A stretch of DNA of 64,000 bases, from NCBI RefSeq assembly GCF_001194135.2, contig NC_068985.1, forward strand, positions 65,267,233 through 65,331,232. The letters run 5' to 3'. Below, one piece after another: positions 37,669 to 51,562 of this stretch. The notes under the pieces are model-generated. The model saw only the letters and a list, made by a program, of their open reading frames with translations. It had not been told where the DNA came from and did not search any database. Source of the stretch: Octopus bimaculoides. Taxonomy: Eukaryota. The number at the start of each line of letters is the position of its first letter. Position 1 is the stretch's first letter. A program made the translations under genes and the position numbers.

Positions 37669-40600
37669 CAGCGATGTGGAACCTGCGGCCTTCTGGGCCA
37701 TCAAGTGTGGCCATTGGTATATTTTCTTCTTTTTTTGAGATTGAATATTTTTTGTCTAAAATCATTATATGCCTTAACCCTTTCGTTACTATATTTCTGA
37801 CCAAAATACACCCCTCATGAGTTTCAATTAAATTCTAAAATAATCATGAATTTAGACTAGTCTCATTAAACACCTGTAACTTTTTTATTTCTCAACATAT
37901 TAATGTGATATTTGGAACATAATTAAAGAAAGGGTTCTTAATCAATTCTATTGCATAATTTTTGTCTCTAAGTTCTCCACGTNNNNNNNNNNNNNNNNNN
38001 NNNNNNNNNNNNNNNNNNNNNNNNNNNNNNNNNNNNNNNNNNNNNNNNNNNNNNNNNNNNNNNNNNNNNNNNNNNNNNNNNNNNNNNNNNNNNNNNNNNN
38101 NNNNNNNNNNNNNNNNNNNNNNNNNNNNNNNNNNNNNNNNNNNNNNNNNNNNNNNNNNNNNNNNNNNNNNNNNNNNNNNNNNNNNNNNNNNNNNNNNNNN
38201 NNNNNNNNNNNNNNNNNNNNNNNNNNNNNNNNNNNNNNNNNNNNNNNNNNNNNNNNNNNNNNNNNNNNNNNNNNNNNNNNNNNNNNNNNNNNNNNNNNNN
38301 NNNNNNNNNNNNNNNNNNNNNNNNNNNNNNNNNNNNNNNNNNNNNNNNNNNNNNNNNNNNNNNNNNNNNNNNNNNNNNNNNNNNNNNNNNNNNNNNNNNN
38401 NNNNNNNNNNNNNNNNNNNNNNNNNNNNNNNNNNNNNNNNNNNNNNNNNNNNNNNNNNNNNNNNNNNNNNNNNNNNNNNNNNNNNNNNNNNNNNNNNNNN
38501 NNNNNNNNNNNNNNNNNNNNNNNNNNNNNNNNNNNNNNNNNNNNNNNNNNNNNNNNNNNNNNNNNNNNNNNNNNNNNNNNNNNNNNNNNNNNNNNNNNNN
38601 NNNNNNNNCATTATCGTTCACCACGTACTTTTGTAGCTCATTCATTCTTTTCTTCGATATCTCCATATCTTCTGTTGAAAAACCTTCAAATTCGGAATCA
38701 CTGCTTGATAGCATGAAACTCCTCTCCATCTTCAAAGTTGAAAAAAATTAACGCCGCAAAAAATGTGGAAAAAAATCTTCCAAAATTCACTGAGTTCAAA
38801 TATCACGCCAAATAATGTCAGAGACAATAACTCAACTGTTTGCAAAGTGAAATCAGGTGTTTGAACGAATGTACTAACGAAATTTGGGTTCAAATATACA
38901 TTTAAATAACAATGGGTATGCTCGGCCGGCTACGGCCGGGTTAGTCTTATGAACCAAAAAATGTTTCGGCCGGCTACAGCTGGGTTAGTAACGAAAGGGT
39001 TAAACTTACAATACACACACATAGACAAAAGGAAAGTTAACCGTGTTCAGTGATGTCGCTCCTAGAGATTGGAAGCATTTTTCTTTGAACCCAATGAATT
39101 TAAACTCAAAGCAACAAGTATATAAAGGTAATATTTCCCTGTCAGCTACACCAGCCTAGTGAGTGTAAGTGACTTCACATATGATACATGAAGAGTTCTT
39201 GCCTTTACTTAGTAATTGTGTAGTCTTGGCCAACTTCATACTGACTTGTTCTGTGAGATTGAGTTAGTTATAGCCTTATTTGAAACTGTAAATTCATCAG
39301 TGTGTGCATTAATTTTACAAACTTACTTGTTATCATTGAGACTTGATAAGTGATACAGTGATCGTATTCAATGCTACTCTGCTAAGCCAGCTGCACACTG
39401 TTTCAGAGAAAACGGTTTTAGACAAGATACTATCAATCAGTGTCCAAAACCATGTTCTTGGAATCTTGGTCATAACTTCAACAATTGTCATTATTGGAAA
39501 CCATCAATATTTGACATTATTTCTGTAACAATGGTAAATAATAGTACTAATTACAGAAATAAAATTATAGCTAATCTAGATGTTGTTCAGTCTCGAATGG
39601 TAGTAACAATTGCTAAAGTCATGGTTTTGGATGACTTTTATTTGGGTCAGTGTGTGGCCGTCTTTACTAATGCATTAGTAAACTTTTATTTTTCCATAGC
39701 TTTTCAGAATAAATACATTTCTTTTTAACCCATAATTATGTCAAAAAAATTTAAATGAACTTTCATAGTAGAAAACAGGATCCTCAATGAAGAATGGGAA
39801 CTGCAATATCTTTTAGTAAATAGTGGAGGCAAAATGTCTCGCTTGTTTTGTGATACCACAATTCTAACGGTTAAGAAATTCAATGCACGCCAACATTATG
39901 CTCTTCATAAAGACAATAAATATGCCAAATTAGGGCGTGAGTCTTGAAAGATAGCATTGCAGAAATTGAAAGATGGAAAACAAAAGCAAAGACAATTTTT
40001 CCAATTTGCGTTGCACCAAGGGAATGCTAAGACAGAACACTTTCCTCAGCTTACGAGGGTAATGAGTGAAAATGAATCTTCTGAATCTTTTGAAGAAATA
40101 TAAGTCAGTTTTAGACTCATTAATAGAAGAATATAATAAAAGATTCAATGACTTTAAAAAACATAACATCACTCTGAAACTTGCTTTTCAGCCTCTCTTA
40201 GTTGATGTATCAGAGGCTCTTGAATAGTTATAAGTGGAGTTTATTGAAATGTCTGAAGATAATATCCTCAAATCTTCGTTCGACAAGATGGAAAATCCCA
40301 TCGAAATTTGGAATAATGTGGTAGAATATCCTCATCTTTGTGTACATGCATGGCGACTAATTTCCTACTTTTCTTCAACATACTGTTGTGAATCTACATT
40401 TTCGTACTTGACGCAAATCAAGAATTCGCTGAAAATGCAATTGACAGATGAGCATTTGGAGGACCAATTGAAACTAAGAACCATTATGTTAGAGCCTGAT
40501 GTCAAAATGCTTTCTCAAAAAAAAGCAAATTGAAAGAAGTCATAAATTTGTATAAAAAGTACCTACTTACCTAAATTAAATATTTGAAAATATTTTCTCA

Positions 40601-40914
40601 ATGTTCATAAACTGTCTTTTTTTATAAGTTTATTATTCATTTACTTATTACTTGTATACAATGTACCTACTTAAATGAAATATTTGAAAATATCTTGCTT
40701 TTGATATTATTCATTTACTTATTATTGTATAAAAGTACTTAAATAAAATATTTGAAAATGCTTTGAATTTCTACACACCTGTCTTTCTTTTATTAGATTA
40801 CTAATATATTATTTAAGGAAAAAAATAACTAAAAACAGAAAAATAATTTGTTCAATGTGGCTTCTGAGGGAGAATGAAGTAAAGGGTGACCTTCATGCAC
40901 AAAGAGGTTCCTTG
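37669..40914 (+). mobile_element. Buster/GTF2IRD2-type hAT, internally deleted, with nested inserts
   Basis: 8-bp TSD AGCTACAC at 37661-37668 and 40915-40922; 5' end CAGCGATGTGGAACC; BED-finger-like piece near 39790-39950; dimerisation domain FSSTYCCESTFSYLTQIKN at 40234-40533. Confidence 0.8.
37778..38999 (-). mobile_element. Internally deleted piggyBac
   Basis: TTAA|CCCTTTCGTTAC...GTAACGAAAGGG|TTAA; acidic N-terminus SSDSEFEGFSTED. Confidence 0.9.
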
Positions 40915-40929
40915 AGCTACACCACAGCC

Positions 40930-41720
40930 AAATTTTTCTAATTCTTTGTTGCATCATCTTATCAAATGGTAGGTGCTTAATACATCCCCACATCTACTTA
41001 CAATATTGCAAGTGGTACAATGATCCTCAAGAAACAAGTTGAGGCAACCAGTATACATGTTTTGACAGGTAAATTTTAGCCTCGGTGGTTTAGTTATGTT
41101 TGGGGATAAGGGTGATAGCTGTTGATAAGCTATGTAGCTAATGTTTAATATGCCTTTGATACTCCTCCCAAACAGTCTTATTAAATGTTGCTGATAGCAG
41201 TTGAAATTTTTTAACCAGTATCCAGTAATAAGATCTGGGCCTCAGAATTCCCTATTTGGTATCTCCACTGTCAATTTTGTAGAGTTTTTGTTTAACATGT
41301 TTGCAGTATCCCTGCTCTATCTCATCTATCCATTCAGCCTTTTCACTGAATCCATCATTCCTTTCCCAAATTGATTTACAGTAACTTTCTACTTCTGTTG
41401 ATGGGTTGCTTTTTTTGTTGAAGCGACAATAGACATCAAAAGATTGCTTGGCTAGTCTGTTTTTCATGCCAAGTACCCATGTAAAATCTTAGTGAAGTGG
41501 TCCATTGAGTTCTTATAGTGACCAGTCCAGAATTCCAAATATAGGCCAAAGGACAAGCACTGCAAAGCTGTTGCAAGCAATATGCTTGTTGTAAGCTGAA
41601 AGTTCTGATATTCATATTCTCTTTACTCTCCTGAGGTATTCATTTCTTGTCCTCTCCTTTTTTATGGGTCTATCATATCTGACATTCTCATCTTGTCCAA
41701 GATACCTATAATTGTATGTG
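40930..41720 (-). pseudogene. R4/Dong-like non-LTR retrotransposon fragment
   Basis: YCKSIWERNDGFSEKAEWI followed by GPDLITGYWLKNF; matches the FW..IW..A.W / GPD.I..YW.K block. Confidence 0.6.
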
Positions 41721-42186
41721 TGTGTGCGTGCGTGTGTGTGTATTAACTTGCAGGGTTTGGAAGTCTCCAAAAAAACTTGGTTATTTTAAGTCTCCATAGA
41801 CTAATGAGACTGGTGTGATTAATCCTTTAGCATGTAACTACATCTGGCCCAAATATTCTATCTACTAACCAGATCTAACCTCTCACACCTACCCTAAAAA
41901 AACAAACACACTATTGAAATCTTGAAGCTACAAGATAATGCATGATAATTCAAACAATATGTATAAATAATATTACATTTGATAAAGAAATATGAAGTCA
42001 ACACCTGCAAGGTGATGAGCTGGGAAGGAATTCTAGAGAGTCAATGTTCTTGGAAGTAAGTAGTGATTAGTATGGCCTGGCAGCAAGGTGGGGATGGAGG
42101 AAGAGATACAAGACACAAATACCAGACTGGAGATGGCATGAGCCTAACTTGCTCAGAGAAGCAGAGACTATTAGGGCAGTGGTTAA

Positions 42187-44773
42187 CCCTTTCATTACCA
42201 AACCGCCCAAAGCTGCCCGAAAAAAATTTTGGTTCATGTGAACAAGCCGCCCAAAACTGCCCGTAATCACATATTCATATTTAAATGAGAATATCTGAGC
42301 AAATCTCGTTAGTACATTCGTGAAAACACGTGATTATACTGCGCAAACAGTTCAGCTATAGTTTTGTACGACGATCGACGTGTTATTTTAATTTTATGAA
42401 TTTTGTGAGATTTTTTTCCAAATTTGTTCCTGTTGTGTTTTTAAAATTTGTAATTCTGACAAAAAAATGGATACAAATTNNNNNNNNNNNNNNNNNNNNN
42501 NNNNNNNNNNNNNNNNNNNNNNNNNNNNNNNNNNNNNNNNNNNNNNNNNNNNNNNNNNNNNNNNNNNNNNNNNNNNNNNNNNNNNNNNNNNNNNNNNNNN
42601 NNNNNNNNNNNNNNNNNNNNNNNNNNNNNNNNNNNNNNNNNNNNNNNNNNNNNNNNNNNNNNNNNNNNNNNNNNNNNNNNNNNNNNNNNNNNNNNNNNNN
42701 NNNNNNNNNNNNNNNNNNNNNNNNNNNNNNNNNNNNNNNNNNNNNNNNNNNNNNNNNNNNNNNNNNNNNNNNNNNNNNNNNNNNNNNNNNNNNNNNNNNN
42801 NNNNNNNNNNNNNNNNTTTTCTGAAGAAACTGGACCAAGTCACAGTCTTACCCAGGAGAGCAAAGCTTCGAACTATTTCTTTTTGCTTTTTCCGATGTAC
42901 CTATTTGAAATGATTACGGCAGAAACAAACCGTTACGTTGAATGTAAACAAAGCATAAAAAAGGATAGTTTGTGGTTTCCCACAAACTTGAATGAAATTA
43001 AGGCATATTTTGCCATAAATATTATTATGGGCATTAGAAAGTTACCCAGAATAACAAATTAAGTATAATAACGAGGACACGATTTTTGAAATTAACTCAA
43101 TATCTACATGTAAGAGACACGAGCAGTACACCAGTACGTGGAGAACCAGACTTTGATCCCTTATTTAAAATAAGACCCCTCATTGACTGTGTTCAAAACA
43201 CATATAAAACAGTTTATAGACTAGGGAGACATCAATTGATGAAGGTATGGTGGGCTATAAAGGCCGAGTGCGTTTTCGACAGTATATGCCAGGAAAGCCC
43301 ACAAAATGGGGGATCAAAGTTTGGAAGATTTGTGAATCAAATACTGGGCACTGCTCTGGATTTGAATTTTACACAGGAAAAAGAGACAATTATATAAGTC
43401 AGCATGGCCTAGGGTATGATGTGGTCTGGAATTTATCACTTCGATACCATAACCAGAGCCGTATAATATTTTTTGACCAATTTTTCAGTACAGTCAAACT
43501 TGCAGAGAATTTAGATACTGTGGCAACACATTCATGTGCTACAGTGATCGCTAGTAGAAAAGGACTGCCGTTGGATATAAAAAAAGCAAAATTAAAAAAA
43601 AGGTGAAATAATTCAACGGCAGAAGGGAAATTTGCTAGCGACTGCATACAGAGATAAGAGACAGATTAATTGTCTGTCTACCTGTGCACGGCCACATGTG
43701 GATGAAAATGGCATGCCATTTGTGAACCTCGATTATAACAGGTACATAGGTAGTGTAGATCGGCTGAATCAGATGATGTCTTATTATCCAGTTGGCAGAC
43801 CGGGGAATAAATGGTGCCGATACCTGGTTTGGTATATAGTAAATATGAGTATTACTAATGCATGTATACTATATACCAAATCGGGGCCGGCTCAAAAGCG
43901 ATGCAACCATCTGCAGTTCCATGCAGATGTAGCAACGCAACTAAGAGCTGGTTATTCCTCAAAAAAAATAACTGTAGGGAGAAAAAGCAAAGCCTGCCAG
44001 AGAGATATCCCTCTGAATTCAGCCGATCTCTGTAAATTAGAAAAAAAATCGAGGGTCGCAAATGCCTTCATCAAAAAAGGAAAGCTCCTAGTGGAAGAGC
44101 TGTTGGAACAACTTTCCAATGTGCATTCTGCAAGGTTGCATTATGTAGAGCAGGGTGCTTTTACAAGTTTTCATGATAGAAATATTGCTTGATTTTTATA
44201 AATATTTTCAAATTTACTTCGTTTTTATTTTTCTTTATGTTTAATTTTAATTTACCTGTAAGGTGAGTGACGAATTTTGATTAATTTCTTTTGTAAATCA
44301 TTATTGTATATTTCTGTGTATCTATGTATATGGGAGAGCTTATTTAATCTAGTCGATGGTGTGTGTGTATTTTGTTTTCTAGTTTTCTTCACAGACAAAT
44401 TCTAGTCTTTTGTTTTATTTATACCTTTATGGTACACCTGTCTTTTGTGTGTTAAATTCACCTGATGAATCCAGTAATGTGCACAACTCTTCTATAATAA
44501 TATTTTGTTGTATACCCAGCTGAATATTAGCTAATAACCCATTTTCTATAGCAATGTTTGAACAAAAATTTTAATAATTTTATATTTTGTTGAATTTACC
44601 TGTATTTACCTGTAATTAGAGTCACTTTGTGACAAAAATTTTGGTATAGAATTGGTTGAGAACCTTTCATTAAATTATCTTCCAATGAAACCAGACTAAA
44701 TTTATGATTATGTTAGAAATTAATTGAAACACATATGGGGTGTATTTTGGTTAGAAATATGGTAACGAAAGGG
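42187..44773 (+). mobile_element. piggyBac transposon, full-length termini, decayed transposase
   Basis: TTAA TSDs, CCC..GGG ends; DPLFKIRPLID, YKGRVRFRQYMPGKPTKWGIKVW, FFDQFF, DYNRYIGSVD, KWCRYL, Cys-rich tail; frameshifted. Confidence 0.93.
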
Positions 44774-45513
44774 TTAAAAAGGCAGAAAGAAGTGACATCA
44801 TGCTGCGGACCATATCTGTGAATGACCTTCCGCTAATTAGATGAAACCTATTCTGAATGCAGTACAGTGCCAGATGTTAGAGAAATACTGCACTAAAAGC
44901 CTCACCCAAGAATTATAGTATATCAATCATTGTTGGAGACTGAAGAAAAGACCATTATTGAGATGCTTTCACTGATATGCTCATTTTGTGTTGATGAGGC
45001 CCAACAACTAGAGCAATGTTGAGGGCTCTAGCTAACTGCTGCACATGATTAAGGGAGGTATGGTATGATGGCATTTTCTTGTTATGATTAGTATTTGCAT
45101 ATCCAGAACAGCATATCTCAGTTGGAAGATACTTTTAAACTAACTGTTTATGAAGTTAGCATGTATGTAGTGTGTAGTGTTTAAGCTGCAAGAGGATGGT
45201 GCATGGTTTGAGAATGTTAAGGAATGAAGGGTAATGTTCTCTGTTTAAGAGAGCTGTGTCAACATGGTGTAATAATGTGATCTGATAGGAACCCCAGATG
45301 GTGGAGTAGTTTTGATAGGATAATGTGTATATAATAGGAATATTTATTTTGGATTTCACTCTCTTTGATAATTCTTCTATTGTGTATTGTGATTAGTTAT
45401 TATCAATGTGTATGTGTATACTGTGTGTGTATACTGTGTGTGTGTGTCAGAAGTATGTAAATTTGAATACAGAATAAAGAATGAAGTAAAATATTCTTTG
45501 ATGAAAACATGTC

Positions 45514-45519
45514 CTTTAT
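45514..45519 (-). promoter_or_regulatory. Candidate polyadenylation signal for UMPS
   Basis: AATAAA on the minus strand about 110 nt after the stop; an alternative lies near 45343. Confidence 0.3.
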
Positions 45520-45626
45520 TTCTTCTTAAATTGTGCATAACCAAAAGGTTTGAAAATTACAAGTATGATTAGTAATGAAAGAAATGTAACATGATTAAAT
45601 AGTTGTTTATATAGTTGATAATTCAA

Positions 45627-45814
45627 TTACTCAACTTGGGTTTCATATGCAGTATATGCTGCTGCCTGAAAAATTTTTGCAGCTGCCACAGGGTCAGGGT
45701 CTTCAATAATTCCACGACCTACAATTATTGCATCAGAACCATTTACACAAATAGCTTTCTCTGGAGTCAGGTATTGCTGCCCAAGGTCATCTTTTCCCGC
45801 AGACATTTGGACAC
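45627..45814 (-). CDS. UMPS: UMP synthase (OMP decarboxylase domain), last coding exon
   Basis: After acceptor ttttattgaAG, phase-1 exon translates (G)VQMSAGKDDLGQQYLTPEKAICVNGSDAIIVGRGIIEDPDPVAAAKIFQAAAYTAYETQVE*; has the D.LGQQY..P and DxIIVGRGI ODCase motifs; no disruptions; upstream exons not found. Confidence 0.92.
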
Positions 45815-45892
45815 CTTCAATAAAAATTTCAAAAAGTTACCCTTAAATTTGAAATCAATTTGAAAAAAATTTGAAATGAAAAAGTTCTCTAA

Positions 45893-45936
<44 letters not shown>

Positions 45937-46912
45937 GGTATTATCTAAATAGCCAAACACATACCACAAATACAAAATCCTGTTTCCTATAAAAATCTAT
46001 ACAAATACTTCAAAACAGTATCACTGACGTCAACCTAATGCCATTTCAACCAGCCCATATCTGGCCCATATATTCTACTTGTTTTATGTTCAAACTTGCC
46101 AGCTCTGGCTTCTCACACCTACCCTACATTGTCATTCTCAAAATATATAATCATGTCATTGAAATCTCAAAGCTACAGGTAATGCATGATTAATTCAAAA
46201 TAATGTGAATAAATAAGTATTATATTTGACAGGATAATCGGAATGCTGAAGGATAAAACAATGTAACTGACTTAGTTTGCACCTAGATATCTGTGTCATC
46301 AAAAATGCCGACAGTTTTATTAATGATAGGAAATGGCATATCAAACCCATGAGAGAAACCATTGCTGGATATCAGCAATCAAGTATGCATATACACAGAA
46401 TTTCGCACTTGAAGAATCAGATACAGTAGTAATGCCTTGGTTGAAAATATTGTCCACATAACATATATATATCCATATAATAAAAATGAACATCTGTGGG
46501 TGTGTTTGTCTGTTGATTTATAGGAAGAAAGGCTAGAGCATCTACATAAAAACTAAAAGTTAATTCTTGTGTAAAATTTTCCAAGGAAGATGATGGAAGT
46601 GGTCCTGAGTCTCTAGTCTTCTGAACAACGGGCTCTTTTCCGAAATATTGCACATAGCGCAATCCCCACCACAAAAAAAAAAAAGACGATGTTCTTATTC
46701 CTCACTTCCTTTAATACCTTCCAAATAGGCCCGTCAAGTTCAAAACGGAGAAAACTAAAAACATTTAATGTTCTTTAGTGCCATGGTAGTGCAAAAGAGC
46801 AATCATGGCACCAAAGAACAGTATTGTGAATAATTTAAATGAAAGACTCAAGAAAGTTTTACCAGGAAATGAACATACAAATATATAGACTCTGTTGTGG
46901 ATAACTCAGAAA

Positions 46913-47240
46913 TAGTTAAAATATAAAAATATTTTTAAAATCTTTACTCCATTCTGGTGTAAAATCATCCTCGCTGTCGCCATCGCTGCTTTCAGTTTCG
47001 GATACAGAAATATCCAATTCATTATCGTTCACCACATGCTTTTGTAGCTCATTCATTCTTTTCTTCGATATCTCCATATCTTCTGTTGAAAAACCTTCAA
47101 ATTCGGAATCACTGCTTGATAGCATGAAACTCCTCTTCGTCTTCAAAGTTGAAAAAAAAATCTTCCAAAATTCACTGAGTTCAAATATCACGCCAAGCAA
47201 TGTCGGATACAATAACTCAACTGTTTGCAAAGTGAAATCA
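46913..47240 (-). mobile_element. piggyBac 5' fragment, same subfamily as 37778-38999
   Basis: Near-identical SSDSEFEGFSTEDMEISKKRMNELQK; cut off at 47240 by the Penelope pseudo-LTR. Confidence 0.85.
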
Positions 47241-47754
47241 TTGGAGGGACTATAAGAATCACAAACAAACCTCGGTGCTATACCAGCATGCCAAAGAACA
47301 ACATGGTGGTGTACTGAACCGAATTAGCATAGAAATCCTGTCTAGACACACTAGTGACACATCGTTGCGGCAAATACAAGAGTCAGTCCTCATAACTGAA
47401 ACACAACCAATTTTGAATAGCAAGTACACGTAGATAAAAGCCTTACAATTACCCATGGTTGCGGATGCTGTTCACACATAAAATACAGAATGCGAACGTA
47501 AATAAAAAAAGATGCATTTACGAAGAAAACAGAAAATAATAGAAAGGAAACTAAAACCAAGTCCAAAGTCTCTATCTTATCTGATATGAACGAAATTGTT
47601 ACAAATACACTTATGGATGCACATACTTACATATAAGCACGAACACATAAGTGCGTGCACACATACGAGCTTGCACACACTCACATGCTCATACCGAACA
47701 ATTTCAAAACAACGCCAAATCATACATTCAAAATAAATGGAAGTGGAGAGACAA

Positions 47755-47795
47755 GTTACTGAAGAGATTGCAAGAGTGCAATGAAATGATTTAAC
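47755..47795 (+). ncRNA. Minimal type I hammerhead candidate, upstream pseudo-LTR
   Basis: GUUA-CUGAAGA-G-AUUGCA agag UGCAAU-GAAA-UGA-UU/UAAC. Confidence 0.6.
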
Positions 47796-48639
47796 AAAAA
47801 AACTAAATACTATTTATAAATTAATAAAGGACTGAACCAGTGCATGTGTTTATTACCGGCATAATGCCTCTCCCAAGGTTTAATTGTATTTCTTTCAACA
47901 NNNNNNNNNNNNNNNNNNNNNNNNNNNNNNNNNNNNNNNNNNNNNNNNNNNNNNNNNNNNNNNNNNNNNNNNNNNNNNNNNNNNNNNNNNNNNNNNNNNN
48001 NNNNNNNNNNNNNNNNNNNNNNNNNNNNNNNNNGAAAGACACTGTGTTCTGCTGTCTAAAAATCAAAATAACAACCAGACAGCTCTACTTTATTAAAAAA
48101 TGCATCACTTCCAAGTTATACACGAATGCCATCAACTCAGCTGTAAGAAGACTGAGGCTCACAGAGGGCCAAGCAGGCAGACTAAGACACACACTACTGG
48201 TCAACATCAAAAAGAGAATATACAAAGAAATTAGCCAGTACCAAAAGAGAAAAAGGTTCTTACAACAAAACCTCAGGAACATGATAACACCGTATGAGGA
48301 GTTAAAACTCGCAGATATCATCCATCAGGAATATAACTATAATTAACCGAGCCTGTAACAAACACTTCAGCAACAAATTGAAATGGATGAGACAACAACA
48401 ACAACACACAGGAAACAAAGACAAATACCCAAATAACATTGATGGGATTCTGATGTCGGACTGCGAACTACAGGGGATATACAATGCCATCGCAAACAAA
48501 AATAATCACACACCTGGAATGTATGGCTCAGTACTACTGGATGAAAATGAAGCGTGTGCCCTGGGATTACCACCGAAATATGCCGTGTATAATAAGGTCA
48601 GTAAGATCAATTGTTTACTAAGATTAGATGGAGTTAGGA

Positions 48640-48930
48640 CACCACTACAACAACAACTCAGTTATAAGAAACCACCACGACAGTATTATGCATAATATTC
48701 ACAATGCAACCAACAGTAACAATGGAAATGGCAACAACAACTACACCTCCACCACCACCAACAACAATAATGATTACACTACCACCATCAGCAACAGCAA
48801 TGATAACAGCAATAGCAACAACCACACGAACAGCACCATACACACCAGGAACAACAGCAACAACAACAGCGACAGCAACAACAGCAGCCACACATACAAG
48901 GATAACAACAATGGCAACAACAACACCTTC
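48640..48930 (+). repeat. AAC/AGC/ACC trinucleotide low-complexity block inside the PLE
   Basis: Asn/Ser/Thr-rich in the frame of ORF 48628..49038. Confidence 0.85.
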
Positions 48931-51562
48931 GAAAATCTCTTTTATAACCCAATTGACAAATCCTATGATATGACCCAAATCTATCCAACAAAAGAATGTA
49001 CATCCCGCCTTACACGGATGATAAAACAGAAGCCATGATCTCTTTAGCTAGAAACAGACTCAGGAAAACATTAACACGTTATAGAACAACTGCCCCAACA
49101 CAAAACGAAGTAGAGGCCCACCAACTCGGTACAGTAGCTGCAATGGGCATACGAAAACTAAAACTTAGAGTTAGAAACAATGAGATAGTATGCCTCCCTA
49201 CAGACAAATCAGGCAGGATATCAGTAGACAGCCTGGAAAACTACACCCATACGATGCAAAAACATATAGAAGATATGAGAGAAGTTACACCGCAAGAATA
49301 TGAAAAAGTAGAGAAAATTCTCAACGCACACATGGGAATGTGGTATAACATACTCCAACCTAAGAGACGCACAGCACAGAACTTCACATCATCCAACGAC
49401 ATTCTTACACTCTATGGGTTACGAAAAGACCATAAACCTGTTGCAGACCCTATCATAGGCCCCCCATGTCGACTGATTTGTGGTGCCATTATTGCCAGCA
49501 ATTATAGGCTGTCATTCTTCCTCTCGCAGGTATTAAGACCACACATCGAGATGTCTCCTGATGTTTGTGAAAGCACAAAGGACCTCCTCAGCAGAGTCAA
49601 TGAATGTAACTGCTCCCATGACCTGACAAATTGTATTATAGGCAGTATGGATGTAGTATCTCTCTATCCATCCATTGACATTGACTTTGCCATAGAAAGA
49701 TGTATGGAAATTATTTCGGAAAGTGAAATAACTTTCCGTGAAGTGAACACAAGGGAACTAGGCCTCCTCCTAAAGCGCGTTTATAATAATGAATACTTAG
49801 ATCACCATAACCTAACTAGATTCTGCCCCACCAGGTCAGGACGGGGTAGACCACCTACGATCACATCAGCTGCTAGAAAAACCACCGCGGAGCGTTGGAA
49901 TGGATGGAATACACCCACCCACGACCCAGAGTATAATATCCAAACACGAAAAATGGTTGCACATGCTGTAGGTGCAAGTCTGAAGACCACCCTGCAGAAC
50001 CATATAATTAAATTCAATGAAAAACTATACATGCAGATCCAGGGAGCGGCTATTGGTGTCAGTGTGGCTGGGGACGTGGGACAAAAAACTGAAAAAAACT
50101 CTCGAGGAGCACTCAATAACAATCAAACTCTACGGGAGATATGTGGATGACATTAACATCGTAGTCAAAACACCATCAAACATTCAGACTGAAGAGAACG
50201 AGAAGATCGTGATGGAAAACATCCAGAATATAGCTAATACAATACACCAGAGCATCAAGGTAACAATAGATTACCCAACAAGACACCTAAACAAGAGACT
50301 CCCGATACTTGACACAGAACTTTGGTTAGAAACAATTAACGACAAAGTTCAAATCCTCCACTCACATTATATGAAACCTATGTCTTCAAAGTATGTTATC
50401 CATAAGAATTCGGCTCTATCACAGTGTGAAAATTAATATATTAATAGCCAATTTAGTCAGAATAATGAAAAACATATCCCCCCTGTGCAGTCCCTGGGAA
50501 AAGCAAAGACATATACAAGACTTCATGCATCGCATGCATTTTTTAAGGATACAGCCAGAAAGATAAGATCCGAGTATACAGAGGAGCTAGCAAGAAATTT
50601 GAGGAGATCGTTGTCAAAAATACAGATGGAACACAACCTAGGTACCATAATAAACAGTGGAATCGACTACAAAGCATTAGTGACAAAACAAACAGAAAGA
50701 ACACGTGGTACAATACCGACAAGTTCCAAGGAGTAATGTTTATAGACGCCACACCACACGGAGAACTAGCCCGCAGATTTAGAAAAATCCTCAAAAGTAC
50801 TAAGTTGAAGATAAATGTCATAGAAAAATCAGGGAGATCCATTAGGTCGATAATATGCAAAACATACCCCTTCAGAAGGACAAAGTGTGTAGAAGAGAAT
50901 TGCATTGTGTGCAAATATAGTCCTGTTATCAACTGCAAAGCCAGAAATGTGGTCTACAAAATAAGCTGTATGGATGGTGATTGTAAAAACGGAAACATGG
51001 CATACATAGGTGAAACGGCAAGAAGTTTGGCTGAGCGTGTAAATGAACATTGGAGGGACTATAAGAATCACAAACAAACCTTGGTGCTATACCAGCATGC
51101 CAAAGAACAACATGGTGGTGTACTGGACCGAATTAGCATAGAAATCCTGTCTAGACACACTGGTGACGCATCGTTACGGCAAATACAAGAGTCAGGCCTC
51201 GTAACTGAAACACAACCAATTTAGAATAGCAAATATACGTAGATAAAAGCCTTACAATTACCCATGGTTGTGGATGCTGTTCACACATAAAATACAGAAT
51301 GCGAACGTAAATAAAAAAGATGCATTTACGAAGAAAACAGAAAATAACAGAAAGGAAACCAAAACCAAGTCCAAAGTCTCTATCTTATCTGATATGAACG
51401 AAATTGTTACAAACACACATATGGACGCACATACTTACATATAAGCACGAACACATAAGTGCGTGCACACATACGAGCTTGCACACACTCACATGCTCAT
51501 ACCGAACAATTTCAAAACAACGCCAAATCATACATTCAAAATAAATGGAAGTGGAGAGACAA

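Noticed and set aside
39143-39155. Third CAGCTACACCAGC match to the hAT left junction
   Set aside because: 13-bp match without the following TIR; cannot be told from chance
44455-44480. CTGATGA heptamers here and at 22688 and 23567
   Set aside because: No stem II + GAAA + NUH arrangement follows
46850-46920. Penultimate UMPS exon candidate ending CCTG|GTAAAA
   Set aside because: Translation does not resemble the expected GFI....F.H.TP ODCase segment in any frame
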